From Promethearchaeota archaeon (GTDB taxonomy: Archaea > Asgardarchaeota > Lokiarchaeia > Sigyniarchaeales > SOKP01): a stretch of 64,000 nt of DNA. The notes beneath the pieces are model-generated. The model ran no database searches. It saw only the letters and a list, made by a program, of their open reading frames with translations, and had not been told where the DNA came from. Within the stretch, counting starts at the first letter, position 1; every line of letters begins with the position of its first letter. This document shows positions 19,456 through 30,377 of this stretch, piece by piece. The stretch is taken from contig JALGVJ010000012.1 of the NCBI GenBank assembly GCA_029838195.1, positions 47,732 through 111,731 on the forward strand, in the 5' to 3' direction. The translations under genes were made by a program, and so were the position numbers.

Positions 19456-20526
19456 ATGTTAGGATGGAAAGAAATTTATAAATTAAAGGAGCAATATCAT
19501 TTTGGAGAATGCAATGGAGGATGGAATTTGGATTCTTATCCGGAACTCGAGTCCTTAGATGCGGGCAAATCAATAACAATTGCTAGAATATTAGGACCTG
19601 GAATAATAACTAATATACATACCACGCAGCATTTCATCCAAGATCCTGAACTTACAATAGAACAAAGAAGAGCTTTATGCGCGCGAGGTGTTATTCTTGA
19701 AATTTATTTCAATGATAATCCAATACCTTCGGTTAGAGTTCCACTTGCGGATTTTTTCGCTGACGGTTGTTTAGGGCAGGCAGAGGATTTCACTACTCCG
19801 TTTGTTGAAAAGGCACCAAAATCATATAATTGTTTCATTCCAATGCCATTCGAGAAATCTGCCCGAGTTGTACTCAGTAATGAAACGGCTCATAATATGT
19901 TAAATTATAGTTATGTTGAATATGAAGCATTTGATTCTTGGACGGAAAATCTTGGTTATTTTCATGCTACTTGGAAGAGGTTTGCATTCCAATTAAATAA
20001 TGATACGAATCATCATTTTTTTCATATAGATGGCAAGGGGCACTTAATAGGAAGGGCATATAGCATTAGTACGGATGAGCCGATGTTTAGAGGGTTCTAT
20101 TATGTCATGGAGGGGAATAATGAGATAAGAATTGATGGTGAGGATGAACCAAGAGTTGATTATTTAGGTACGGAAGATTCATTTGGATTTAGCTGGGGAT
20201 TTCAGAAACTTTTCAATGGAATTTTTAATGGTATCAATTATGTTAATCCCGCAAAACCCGCTTTACTTAGCATGTATCGTTTTCGGGGTATAAACCATAT
20301 TGGATTTAATAAAAGTTTGGATCTTCGCATAAATTGGTCAAACGATTGGACCAACAACGAAACGTTCCAGAAAAGAATTTCAAGAATAAATGCTAAAGAT
20401 CGTGGTTGGATAGATTATGCTACAACATATTATTGGTATCAGGATAAAGTTGGATATGAGCATGAGCCTTTAATGCCGGTTAATGAGAGAATTAAATTAA
20501 TTTTAAGATCAAATCTTGATAAGTGA
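19456..20526 (+). CDS. DUF2961 / GH172-like glycoside hydrolase
   Basis: GPGIITNIH, VPLADFF, NCFIPMPFEKSA, YFHA, MEGN, GTEDSF. Confidence 0.85.
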   Translation: MLGWKEIYKLKEQYHFGECNGGWNLDSYPELESLDAGKSITIARILGPGIITNIHTTQHFIQDPELTIEQRRALCARGVILEIYFNDNPIPSVRVPLADFFADGCLGQAEDFTTPFVEKAPKSYNCFIPMPFEKSARVVLSNETAHNMLNYSYVEYEAFDSWTENLGYFHATWKRFAFQLNNDTNHHFFHIDGKGHLIGRAYSISTDEPMFRGFYYVMEGNNEIRIDGEDEPRVDYLGTEDSFGFSWGFQKLFNGIFNGINYVNPAKPALLSMYRFRGINHIGFNKSLDLRINWSNDWTNNETFQKRISRINAKDRGWIDYATTYYWYQDKVGYEHEPLMPVNERIKLILRSNLDK

Positions 20527-20717
20527 AACCACTTGAACATATTAGGGAAATGTTTTAAAATTTAAAGAGGTCGATATTGATTTTCTTAAATTTCAAGGAG
20601 AACGATTAATAAATATCTCATGGACTTAATCTTTAGAATGAATTAAATACGAAATGGAGATAAAAATTGAGAAATCTTAAAAAGTAAGTAAAAAAGATAT
20701 TAAAAAAGCAAATGTAG

Positions 20718-21023
20718 ATGGTGTTAAGTATTACAGGTGAGAATAATAAGCCTCATAGTTCAGTTGTCGAGTATCAGAGTGATGGGAACTCTCTTTATAT
20801 TCAAATGGTTTCAGAAATAATTAAAGCAAGAGATATCATGAAAAATGATAAAGTTTCCGGAACTATTCATTTTTGGAAAAATTTCTTACATGAGATACTT
20901 CCCGCACCTCCAGCTGAATTGCATTTTACGGCAAAGGCTGAAATCATTTCTAAAGAAGATAAGGATGAAAGAAAAGTTTTAAAGAAGTTTATCAAGAATA
21001 CAGAAAGTATTAGCATTAAATGA
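20718..21023 (+). pseudogene. Truncated pyridoxamine 5'-phosphate oxidase-like (FMN split-barrel) fragment
   Basis: KPHSSVVEY, KARDIMKNDKVS; both ends appear missing. Confidence 0.5.
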
Positions 21024-21169
21024 GCTGAATTGGATTATAAATTCGGAGAAAGACCATAATAGCATTATAATGGAATGACTAATAAAAGAATGGAAGAAGA
21101 ATTTCAAGTATTTAAGCACTAGATAAAACATGGAATATTGGCAATAAAATAGGAAATTTCTTATAGGAT

Positions 21170-22213
21170 TTAATTCAAAACAATCATTTTATCAAGGACT
21201 TGGTCTTGTAATAGGATGCGATAATAGGATAATTTATCTTGAAAATATACTTTTTCTAATTTTCCTTCTACGAGAACGTTTTCTCCAGCTTTAGCTTGCT
21301 CGCAAAATCTGCCTCTAAAAGATGAAATTTCTTTTATTTCTTTCATCACAATCTCTTTACCTTTTATATCCACGTGAAGGATTTTTTGAGGTTCGATTTG
21401 ATAAGAACAAGGAGTAAAAATGGAATCGTCTGAATTAACAATTTTTGCTTTCAGTGAAATTCTTCCAAGATTTTTGAATTTATAGTCATCATATGAGCCG
21501 CCCCAGTCTTTAGGGCTCTTAATATAGCGAATAAAAAATTCAAAGCCCTTATATATGCCTTGGTGTAATTTTCTTTGTTCGGTAAACAAGAACGTATCAA
21601 AAGGGATATTAGAGCCGCCTACTCTCCATTCATAATGAGTTTGATATTCGCTTAAAGTATATTTTCTGCAAAAATTATTGTTTTCGAAAATTGATGGAAG
21701 ATATTCTTGAAACTGCTTGCTAATTTCAGTTCCATAGATGATTAAATCAATATCGGAATCATTTTTATAAAGTCCGACCATAGGAGAGCCAGAAATACCT
21801 ATCGCATACTCGGGCAAGTTTCCTTCAGAAATAAACAGGCGGTATAATTCAAGTGAGCATTTTTCTAATCGCGTGAGATTAGAGCGATGAATTAAAGATT
21901 TTAAATATTTTCGCGGGGTGTATATTTTTTTAATATCTTCATTTTTCACACCTTGAAGTTTCACATCCCATTGTTGAGAATAAAATAAGTATTGGGGATA
22001 GTTATTATTCAAAAATTCAAATCTTTCCTTGAGGTCATAAGTTTTTTTATAGCGTAAGCCATTTTTAATTCTATTGCCAGCAGGATCTGGATAAAAGCGA
22101 AGGAAACAAATTTTTCGATCTGGGGGATGGAGTAATCCTTTTACATCAAAAAACAAGTGGTCTTTCTTGGTTTCTATGTAATCACCTTCAATTCCTTCTA
22201 TTATTTGCTCCAT
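21170..22213 (-). CDS. Archaeal nucleotidyltransferase-domain protein (COG1665-like)
   Basis: VKGLLHPP, GISGS..SDIDLIIYG, FCEQA..GE.V.V.GKLE. Confidence 0.8.
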   Translation of the reverse strand: MEQIIEGIEGDYIETKKDHLFFDVKGLLHPPDRKICFLRFYPDPAGNRIKNGLRYKKTYDLKERFEFLNNNYPQYLFYSQQWDVKLQGVKNEDIKKIYTPRKYLKSLIHRSNLTRLEKCSLELYRLFISEGNLPEYAIGISGSPMVGLYKNDSDIDLIIYGTEISKQFQEYLPSIFENNNFCRKYTLSEYQTHYEWRVGGSNIPFDTFLFTEQRKLHQGIYKGFEFFIRYIKSPKDWGGSYDDYKFKNLGRISLKAKIVNSDDSIFTPCSYQIEPQKILHVDIKGKEIVMKEIKEISSFRGRFCEQAKAGENVLVEGKLEKVYFQDKLSYYRILLQDQVLDKMIVLN

Positions 22214-22359
22214 TTTATTTTTAGGGTAATTTTTTAAAGAAGCGGTATTTAAACTAAATTTTAAGAAAGAAAGTGGAAATAAAAGGCTTATGGATTCTTG
22301 AGAAATGCATGGATTTTTTTCATATTTCGGGACTAATTTTTCAAGAGAAATATTTTTTT

Positions 22360-23304
22360 CTATTCTTCTTTGAGTGTTCTTCTTAATTCTTCAATAGTGG
22401 TATTCATTTCAGCATAAACATTATACGGATGTATGCTTTCATAACTTTCAATTTTAAAAATGATTTTTAAATCATCCTCTAAATTGGGAAAATCTCGTGC
22501 AAGAAAATTTTTTGCCATTTCCCTGACTACATCTTCTGAGAAGAGAGGTTTTAAATGGGAACTTCGAATTAGTTCGGCTTCTTCCGGTCGTTTTAAGACA
22601 GATTGGATACGTCCACTCATAGATTCTTCGATCACGTCAATTATGTCGAGCACATCAATTTGATGGCTATTCAATTGAGTAATTTGGAGAATGATGGTAC
22701 CTTTTGAACGTTGATTGTGCGAGGCATAAGGTAAGATGTTGATTAATTTATTCAAATCTTCTTCAGAAATATTGATATCATTTCTTGATTGAATGATTTC
22801 TTTTGCATATTCTTGGCTCATTTCTTTTGCACAAGGGCAAACCGTCATACCCACAGCACTGGCTCCAATAAAATATTTATAATTAATGGCTCCTTCAAGG
22901 TTTTTTTCAGCGATCACGCATGTACTAATCTCATATGATTTTTGGATGGCTCTTTTCTCATTTTCTCGCATTTGAATGATGATTTTTCCCTCCAATTTAA
23001 CCTCAGCTTTAGAGGTATAGGGGTGTCGTTTCATTAATTTTTTAGCAATTCTATGAGCTAGTTCTTCAATAGAAGGTGTGGGTTTGAAAATCACTTCATT
23101 GATGACCTCTTCAATGGTCTCAGAAGTTCTCGACATATGAATTCCTCTCTGTTTAGCGGGAAGGCTAATCAAGGCGGAGATTTTCGGATAAAAGGAGTAT
23201 CTCTTGTTTTTCACGTTTTCAATTTCAACTTTTTTCTCTAATCCTCTAATTCCGACCTTATCGATTTCAAGATTGACACTTGAATTAGTATCTTGCAAGT
23301 CCAT
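22360..23304 (-). CDS. mptA: GTP cyclohydrolase IV (MptA/FolE2 family)
   Basis: RGIHMSR, GMTVCPCA, SHNQRS, LKRPEE, FSEDVVR, ESIH. Confidence 0.92.
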   Translation of the reverse strand: MDLQDTNSSVNLEIDKVGIRGLEKKVEIENVKNKRYSFYPKISALISLPAKQRGIHMSRTSETIEEVINEVIFKPTPSIEELAHRIAKKLMKRHPYTSKAEVKLEGKIIIQMRENEKRAIQKSYEISTCVIAEKNLEGAINYKYFIGASAVGMTVCPCAKEMSQEYAKEIIQSRNDINISEEDLNKLINILPYASHNQRSKGTIILQITQLNSHQIDVLDIIDVIEESMSGRIQSVLKRPEEAELIRSSHLKPLFSEDVVREMAKNFLARDFPNLEDDLKIIFKIESYESIHPYNVYAEMNTTIEELRRTLKEE

Positions 23305-23451
23305 TTTGAATTCGTGAATCGAGCATCACCAAGCTAAGTAAAAGATAATTATTATTTAATTATCTCTAATTTTTAAAAAGATGAATCAATTTTAATATTT
23401 AATATTTTATAGATAAATTGGTCATTTGTCTGACTTGCTGAGAAGAATTTA

Positions 23452-24621
23452 ATGTCAAGGAAATCGATCTCTTGTCGCTTTGGACTCATTGGAGATGAGT
23501 TAGTACTAAAAGAAGATATAAATTTAGAGATTGATGGAAATGGTAAAATAAGAAACATTACTTTTAAATCTCCAGATGGAATTTTGGATTTAAGAAAAGA
23601 AAAAAGGAATTATTTAATGATCCCAGCCTTGATAAATGCTCATGTTCATGTTGGAGATAGTTTTGCCAAAGAAATGGGTTTTAATGAAGATTTAAAAAAG
23701 GTGGTTGCTCCTCCCAATGGATTAAAACATCATTTATTACGGACCACCTCCGATGCCACTAAACAAGAAGGCATGAAAAATGCGATGGAAGAAATGATTA
23801 CTAATGGCATCACGTGTTTCGCAGACTTTAGGGAAGAGGGTATTGTGGGCATTAAATTATTGAAAAAAGCACTTGAAAAAGGAAGTCTCAAGGGAATCAT
23901 TCTTGGAAGATTTAAAACCATTAATGAATTGGAACCCATTTTTCAATTGGCAAACGGATTGGGATTATCAAGCTACAAAGCAGTTGAGGCAGAATTCATA
24001 GAAGAACTACAATCTCTAAAGCAAAAATACCGGAAATTAATAGCATGTCATTGCGCAGAAGTGGAACGGAGAGAAGATTTAATCAATCGGTTGTTAAATG
24101 AAGATTTAGTCGATATCATAGTCCATGGAACCCATTTAAATGAAAAAGATTTAAAAACGATTAAAGAAAAAAACCTTTCTTTAGTATTCTGTCCGAGATC
24201 TAATGGATATTTTGGCGTGGGGTTTCCTCCTATTAACGTGGCTAAAAAATTGGAAATTCCCATTAGTCTTGGCACGGATAACGTCATGGTAAATAACTTG
24301 AATTTATTTGAAGAATTGCGTTATTTATACAGAATCCAGCGAGTTTTTAGTCAAAAACGCGAACAAGAGGCATTAAATCCCTTGGACATGTTAAAAATGA
24401 TTACCATTAATCCCGCAAGAGCGTTAAGAATAGATGATACGATGGGGTCTCTTTCAAAAGGAAAGGACGCAAATTTCATTTTAATAGATTTAAATCATCC
24501 TAACTATTACGTGTCACGATTGAATGCAAAAAATCTTTATCCTTTAATAATTCAAAGAACTAATACAGAAAACTTGAAAAAAGTATATATTAAAGGAAAA
24601 AAGATTCATGAAAAGCCCTAA
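23452..24621 (+). CDS. Metal-dependent amidohydrolase (deaminase-type)
   Basis: NAHVHVGD, VAPPNGLKH, HCAE, VHGTH, CPRSN, GTDN. Confidence 0.85.
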   Translation: MSRKSISCRFGLIGDELVLKEDINLEIDGNGKIRNITFKSPDGILDLRKEKRNYLMIPALINAHVHVGDSFAKEMGFNEDLKKVVAPPNGLKHHLLRTTSDATKQEGMKNAMEEMITNGITCFADFREEGIVGIKLLKKALEKGSLKGIILGRFKTINELEPIFQLANGLGLSSYKAVEAEFIEELQSLKQKYRKLIACHCAEVERREDLINRLLNEDLVDIIVHGTHLNEKDLKTIKEKNLSLVFCPRSNGYFGVGFPPINVAKKLEIPISLGTDNVMVNNLNLFEELRYLYRIQRVFSQKREQEALNPLDMLKMITINPARALRIDDTMGSLSKGKDANFILIDLNHPNYYVSRLNAKNLYPLIIQRTNTENLKKVYIKGKKIHEKP

Positions 24622-25279
24622 AAAACCTTACGTGATTTTAAGTGCCGCTATGACCATTGATGGCAAGATTGCTTCTAAAACGGGTGATCCAGAATTATCC
24701 GATGAGGCGGACTGGAAAGAAGTCCATAAATTAAGAACAAAAGTAGATGCTATCATGGTAGGGAAAGGTACGATTCTTAAAGATAATCCCAAGCTCCATA
24801 TTAAATATTTCTCTCATAAAGGATATTATAGAATTGTCGTGGATAGTCATCTTACAATTCCGCTGGATGCGAACGTCATTACATATGAGCCTGCGCTTTA
24901 TCCAACGATTATTTGCACCACAGAGAATATTTCCTCTAGTCGAATTACCCTTTATCAAGCAAGAGGAATTACAATCATACAAGCGGGAAAGGGTGTCAAA
25001 GTTGATTTATCAAGAGCCTTGGAGGCACTTTCTGATATGGGGATAAAAAAAATTTTACTGGAAGGAGGAGGAACTTTAAATTGGGGCTTTTTAGAAAAGG
25101 ATTTAATAGATGAAATAAGATTAACAATAGCACCATGGTTTGTTGGTGGAAAACATGCCGTGAGCTTGGTGGATGGAGAAGGTTTTGATAAGATGAGCGA
25201 ATGTCCTCGATATCATTTAATTAATGTGAAAAAAAGAGAAAATTATTTGACCTTAAATTATAAAAGAATGAGATCATGA
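24608..25279 (+). CDS. arfC: 2,5-diamino-6-(ribosylamino)-4(3H)-pyrimidinone 5'-phosphate reductase (RibD C-terminal domain only)
   Basis: AAMTIDGKIA, DAIMVG.GT...DNPKL, LLEGGG, DEIRLTIAP. Confidence 0.9.
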   Translation: MKSPKKPYVILSAAMTIDGKIASKTGDPELSDEADWKEVHKLRTKVDAIMVGKGTILKDNPKLHIKYFSHKGYYRIVVDSHLTIPLDANVITYEPALYPTIICTTENISSSRITLYQARGITIIQAGKGVKVDLSRALEALSDMGIKKILLEGGGTLNWGFLEKDLIDEIRLTIAPWFVGGKHAVSLVDGEGFDKMSECPRYHLINVKKRENYLTLNYKRMRS

Positions 25280-26400
25280 ATTTCCAAGAAGAGATTCGCT
25301 ATTTTAAAGAGTTAAGCTTGAGAAAATTAAAAAAGGAGATAGCACGAATCAGAGGGGATTTACCTCCTGAGAAGAGGAAGATCATTACTTATTCCCGTAA
25401 TTTCACGTTATCTCTTTCCAATTATTGTCAGAATCAGTGTGGATATTGCTTTTATAATTTTAAAGTGCCAAAATTATCCGGAGAAGGGAATGTTGTATTA
25501 TTAGAAAATGAGAAAATGCGAGAAATCATTCAAAAAGGACTTGAACATGATTGTAAAGAGGCATTGATTTTATCAGGAGATCACCCTGATTCTTTCAAGG
25601 AAGTAAGAGATGAATTAACTGCTAGGCATTGTCATACTTTTGTAGAATTTGTCAAGGACACATGCATGTACGTGTTGGATTTTAACATTTTACCTCACGT
25701 GAATATAGGAATTCTTACAATCGAAGAATTAAAGGAATTAAAACCGTATTGCGCAAGCATGGGTTTAATGTTAGAAAGCACGAGTGTAGAATTATTAAAA
25801 AAAGGAGGTGTCCACGAATTTTCACCGTCAAAACATCCGAAAATGCGAATTGAACACATCGAGAATGCCGGCAAGTTAAAAATCCCCTTTACAACCGGAT
25901 TATTATTAGGAATTGGGGAGTGTTTTGAAGATCGCGTGAAGGATTTACTGCTCATTAAAAAGATTCATGAAGATCATAGACACATTCAAGAAGTTATTTT
26001 ACAGAATTTCGAATATAAAAAAGGGATTTCCTATACGCCCTCTAAACCTCTTTCCATGAAAGACATATTAAGAATCACGGGAATAGCCCGTGTCATTTTT
26101 CAAAATGAAATAGCCATTCAAGTTCCACCAAATTTAATTGCTGGGCATGAAAAAGATTTCATTAAATTAGGAATCAATGATTTTGGTGGGATTTCTCCCT
26201 TTGATCTAGATTACATTAATCCTGAAGCTCCTTGGCCCAGCATTTCCTATTTAAAAAAAAAATGTAAACAGATTGGGTATGAATTAAAGGAACGGCTACC
26301 GATTTATGATAAATTTATTAATAAAAAGGAATTTTGTACAGAAACTATTAAACAAAGAATAGATAATATTAACTTAGATGTTGACTACTCAATTATTTGA
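25276..26400 (+). CDS. cofG: FO synthase subunit CofG
   Basis: ITYSRN, CQNQCGYC, SMGLMLES, PFTTGLLLGIGE, IQVPPNL, DFGGISP, NPEAPWP. Confidence 0.93.
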   Translation: MNFQEEIRYFKELSLRKLKKEIARIRGDLPPEKRKIITYSRNFTLSLSNYCQNQCGYCFYNFKVPKLSGEGNVVLLENEKMREIIQKGLEHDCKEALILSGDHPDSFKEVRDELTARHCHTFVEFVKDTCMYVLDFNILPHVNIGILTIEELKELKPYCASMGLMLESTSVELLKKGGVHEFSPSKHPKMRIEHIENAGKLKIPFTTGLLLGIGECFEDRVKDLLLIKKIHEDHRHIQEVILQNFEYKKGISYTPSKPLSMKDILRITGIARVIFQNEIAIQVPPNLIAGHEKDFIKLGINDFGGISPFDLDYINPEAPWPSISYLKKKCKQIGYELKERLPIYDKFINKKEFCTETIKQRIDNINLDVDYSII

Positions 26401-27508
26401 TCAGATTGATCCGGAGATTCGAAGGATTCTCATTAAATCTCTAAATTCCGAAGAGCTTACTCCCAACGATGCCTTAAAATTGCTAAAAGTCTCGGGAAAA
26501 GAATTCTTGGCCCTTCAACAAATCGCGGACTATTCTTGTCAACAAAAAAAAGAAAATATTGTAACATTTGTGATAAATAGAAATATTAATTTTTCTAATA
26601 TTTGCTCGAGAGGGTGTAAATTCTGCTCTTTTAGTGTTCCAAAAGGATCTAAGGACGGTTTTCTTTTGGATATTGAAGAAATTAAGAAAAAAATCATGGA
26701 GGCAAAAGAAAACCATTGTACGGAAGTATGCATTCAAGGAGGGATTAATCCCGATTTAACGTATGATTATTACCTTGATATCCTTAAAGCCGCAAAGGAA
26801 ATTGATCCTGAAATCCATGTTCACGCTTTCTCACCTCAAGAAATATATAATGCTTCTAATTTAAGTGGAAATTCGATAAAAGAAGTACTTAGAGACTTCA
26901 AGAATGCGGGATTAGATTCGATTCCGGGTACCGCCGCTGAGATTTTAGTCGATGATATTCGAAAAATTATCTGTCCGAATAAAATTAGTACTAATCAATG
27001 GATCGAAATAATTACTCAAGCTCATGAGATGGGCATTCCGACTACCTGCACGATAATGTATGGACACGTGGAAGATTTAAAAGATAGAGTTGAGCATTTA
27101 GAAATTTTAAGAACTATTCAGAAAAATACTCGAGGGTTCACGGAATTCGTTGCTTTACCATTCATTAAAGAGAATCCGATTTTATCAAAATCGAAAGAAC
27201 ATCCCCTCAAACCAAGTTATGGAATGGCAGATTTAAAGTTATTTGCAGTTGCTCGTTTATTTTTTAAAGATCTCATCGATAACATTCAATGCTCATGGGT
27301 CAAACTGGGAATAAAATTTGCTCAAATTTCATTATATTATGGCGTGAATGATTTTTCCGGAACCTTAATGGAAGAAAATATTTCTCGTAGTGCAGGAGCA
27401 ACTCATGGACAATATTTGCCCCCCGATGAAATAATATATATCATCAAAGCAGCGGGTAAAAGACCTGCTCAACGTGATACGCTCTATAACATTTTAAAGT
27501 ATTATTAA
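26378..27508 (+). CDS. cofH: FO synthase subunit CofH
   Basis: NRNINFSNICSRGCKFC, PGTAAEIL, TIMYGHVE, SWVKLG, GTLMEENISR; follows cofG. Confidence 0.93.
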   Translation: MLTTQLFDQIDPEIRRILIKSLNSEELTPNDALKLLKVSGKEFLALQQIADYSCQQKKENIVTFVINRNINFSNICSRGCKFCSFSVPKGSKDGFLLDIEEIKKKIMEAKENHCTEVCIQGGINPDLTYDYYLDILKAAKEIDPEIHVHAFSPQEIYNASNLSGNSIKEVLRDFKNAGLDSIPGTAAEILVDDIRKIICPNKISTNQWIEIITQAHEMGIPTTCTIMYGHVEDLKDRVEHLEILRTIQKNTRGFTEFVALPFIKENPILSKSKEHPLKPSYGMADLKLFAVARLFFKDLIDNIQCSWVKLGIKFAQISLYYGVNDFSGTLMEENISRSAGATHGQYLPPDEIIYIIKAAGKRPAQRDTLYNILKYY

Positions 27509-27748
27509 ATCTTTACAACTTACCCTAACTTTCACAACATTCATGTCTAATGCATGATACATTTAAAATCCGACCGTGATAATGCTCATGAACGCCGTCC
27601 TAATTTTATTTCGTGAATTCCCATGGTATATTGAAGAACGATGATCCCATCCTTTTCTTTAAAAATTCAAATTCTTGGGTTTAATTTTTATTGAGTATAA
27701 TATTCTTCAGACATAAAAAAACTTCTTTAACTCGATAAGGTGTAATAC

Positions 27749-28546
27749 TTGAGTGTTCTTGAAAATATCCTACTCGAAATCAATGATGATAAGAAATATG
27801 GCATTATTTATTTAAATCGCCCTAATCAATACAATTCACTTAATTATCAAATAGCTCGAGAATTGCGAACAACATTAGAAAAAATACGAGACGATAATTA
27901 TGTGAATTGTTTATTAATTACCGGAAAAGGGAAAGCTTTTTGTAGCGGTGGAGATCTCATTGAATTTCGAAATACATCGGATCCCCAAGAGACAATTTCT
28001 AAAATAGCCCATGAATTACATGAATCGATAAAAATTATTTATTCCATACGAATACCGGTTATAGCAGCAATCAACGGAGCTTGCTTTGGAGCGGGATTAG
28101 GTTTAGCTAGTGCTTGCGATATTAGAGTTTGTTCAAGAAATGCTACCTTTGGAAGTGCGTTTACAAATGTGGGATTATCTCCAAATTCATCCACGACCTA
28201 TCATTTACCAAGAATCATAGGAATTGGATTAGCGAGCGATTTGATTTTAACGAATAGAATCCTTACTGCTGAAGAGGCGTTAAAATTTCATTTGGTCTCA
28301 CGGATCATTGAACCGGAAGAAAAATTCACGGAACAAATAATAGAAATGGCAACTAAAATCAGTTTAGGACCCCCCATCGCCATGGCTCTAGCTAAAGAAT
28401 CGTTAAGAAAAACATTTCAAAATGATTTGATAAATCAATTAGAATTAGAAACCAAAAATGTCGTAAAATCATCGGGAACAGAGGATTTTAAGGAAGGTGT
28501 GAATGCTTTTTTGGAAAAACGTACACCAAATTATAAAGGAAAATAA
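27749..28546 (+). CDS. Enoyl-CoA hydratase/isomerase
   Basis: LNRP, AFCSGGDL, IAAING, EGVNAFLEKR. Confidence 0.9.
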   Translation: MSVLENILLEINDDKKYGIIYLNRPNQYNSLNYQIARELRTTLEKIRDDNYVNCLLITGKGKAFCSGGDLIEFRNTSDPQETISKIAHELHESIKIIYSIRIPVIAAINGACFGAGLGLASACDIRVCSRNATFGSAFTNVGLSPNSSTTYHLPRIIGIGLASDLILTNRILTAEEALKFHLVSRIIEPEEKFTEQIIEMATKISLGPPIAMALAKESLRKTFQNDLINQLELETKNVVKSSGTEDFKEGVNAFLEKRTPNYKGK

Positions 28547-28598
28547 TTTCAATCTTTCTTAATAATATCAAAAAATAAAAAAAAAACAATATTAAAAA

Positions 28599-29717
28599 AT
28601 GAAGAATTTATTAGATGGAATTGAAGAAGTATTACTAATGGGGCCAGGACCTTCTTGCGTGCCTCCTGAAGTGTATAAAGCACTTAGTTGTAAGACCCTT
28701 GGTCATCTTGATCCATATTTTATTAAAATAATGGATGAGATCCAAATCTTACTCCAGCAATTAATGAACACGAGGAACAGATTAACTTTACCCATTTCAG
28801 GAACGGGTTCTGCCGGCATGGAAACATGTTTCGTAAATTTAATCGAGCCAAATGATCCTGTTTTAATTCTCACGAATGGCGTATTCGGCATGAGAATGCA
28901 AGAGGTTGCTGAACGATTAAGAGCTCAAGTAGATAATATTGATTTTGAATGGGGCACGCCTGTCATTCCAAGAGTAGTAGAAGAAAAGGTAAATGAAAAA
29001 GATTATAAGATTATCGCCGTAGTACATGCCGAAACTTCTACTGGCGTAAAAAATCCCATTGAAGCACTCTCTAAAATCGTGAAGAAAACTAATGCATTAT
29101 TCTTAGTTGATACAGTTACGAGTTTAGGGGGGATTGAAGTAAAAGTGGATGAATGGGCGATGGATGCTGTTTATAGCGGTACTCAAAAATGCCTCTCATG
29201 TCCTCCGGGATTATCTCCTGTCTCTTTTTCAGATAAAGCATTTACTAAAATAACCCATCGGGAGACAAAAGTGCCGAACTGGTATTTAGACATGTCTTTA
29301 ATAAGTCAATACTGGTCCGGAGAGCGTGCGAGAGTATACCATCATACGGCTCCTATTAACATGCTATATGCGTTATATCAAGCACTGCTTTTAATTTTTG
29401 AGGAAAGGCTTGAAAAGGTTTATAAAAGACATGAGGAGAACCACATAAGATTAAAAGAAGGTCTTGAAGAACTTGGACTTGAAATGTACGTGGAAGAAGG
29501 ATATCGCTTGCCCATGCTTAATGCCGTGAAAATTCCAGAAGGTGTGGATGATTTAAAAGTAAGATCTACGTTATTAAAAGAGCACAAAATTGAAATTGGA
29601 GGAGGCCTAGGGCCATTAGCGGGAAAGATCTGGAGAATTGGGTTAATGGGGCATGGGGCCAGATCAGAAAATGTAGATCGTTTATTAAAAGCATTAAAAA
29701 CCATTTTACATCCATGA
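28599..29717 (+). CDS. Alanine-glyoxylate/serine-pyruvate aminotransferase (class V PLP)
   Basis: LMGPGPS, HAETSTG, GTQKCLSCPPG, WRIGLMG. Confidence 0.92.
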   Translation: MKNLLDGIEEVLLMGPGPSCVPPEVYKALSCKTLGHLDPYFIKIMDEIQILLQQLMNTRNRLTLPISGTGSAGMETCFVNLIEPNDPVLILTNGVFGMRMQEVAERLRAQVDNIDFEWGTPVIPRVVEEKVNEKDYKIIAVVHAETSTGVKNPIEALSKIVKKTNALFLVDTVTSLGGIEVKVDEWAMDAVYSGTQKCLSCPPGLSPVSFSDKAFTKITHRETKVPNWYLDMSLISQYWSGERARVYHHTAPINMLYALYQALLLIFEERLEKVYKRHEENHIRLKEGLEELGLEMYVEEGYRLPMLNAVKIPEGVDDLKVRSTLLKEHKIEIGGGLGPLAGKIWRIGLMGHGARSENVDRLLKALKTILHP

Positions 29718-30377
29718 ATTCATCTTGAAACGCTTCATTAATTACTTGAGCTACTATTATGGCTTTATATTATTAAACTGCAAGATTATTATAATTTTTA
29801 TAATATTTCTTTTTATTATTTTGTACCCTATTTATTATTTTACGGGAAATGATTTTTGCTTTAATTAAAGCTGATTTTTAAAGCGTGTTGAAATAAAAGA
29901 AGATATTAGGTATTCTCTTATTTGGCTCACATATAACAAATTATCAAACGAATAGAAGCGATATAAACATTTTTATTGTTGCTCCCTTAAAACAAAAAAT
30001 TGAGGTGTTGTTTCAAAAAATCATGACATTAAATTTTTTTTATCATTACCGCTTTATTTAAAGATTCAAATCATGGAATATGGAATAGTAATCTATTCTC
30101 TTGATAAACTAGAATTACACGCATATTTTCATCCATTCAGGAAATTGTGGGCAGATCAGAAGCATGGGCAAGAATTGTCCTGGGAAGATTTGCTTTCTTT
30201 GTTAAATTAATCAAATGTTCTCATTGTCATTAGATTAAATTTTTTTAAAAATTTTATTAAGGCTTTCAATAAGAATTAAGTATGCTAATGGATTCTATAA
30301 AAAACAAAGCATGAATAAAAGAAATCAATCTTTCTCTTATCTTAGTTTTGAAAATGTTTTATCCTTCATTTTTTAGT

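Noticed and set aside
30073-30210. 45-aa ORF (MEYGIVIY...LLSLLN) in a long intergenic gap
   Set aside because: No recognisable motif; may be a remnant but cannot be supported
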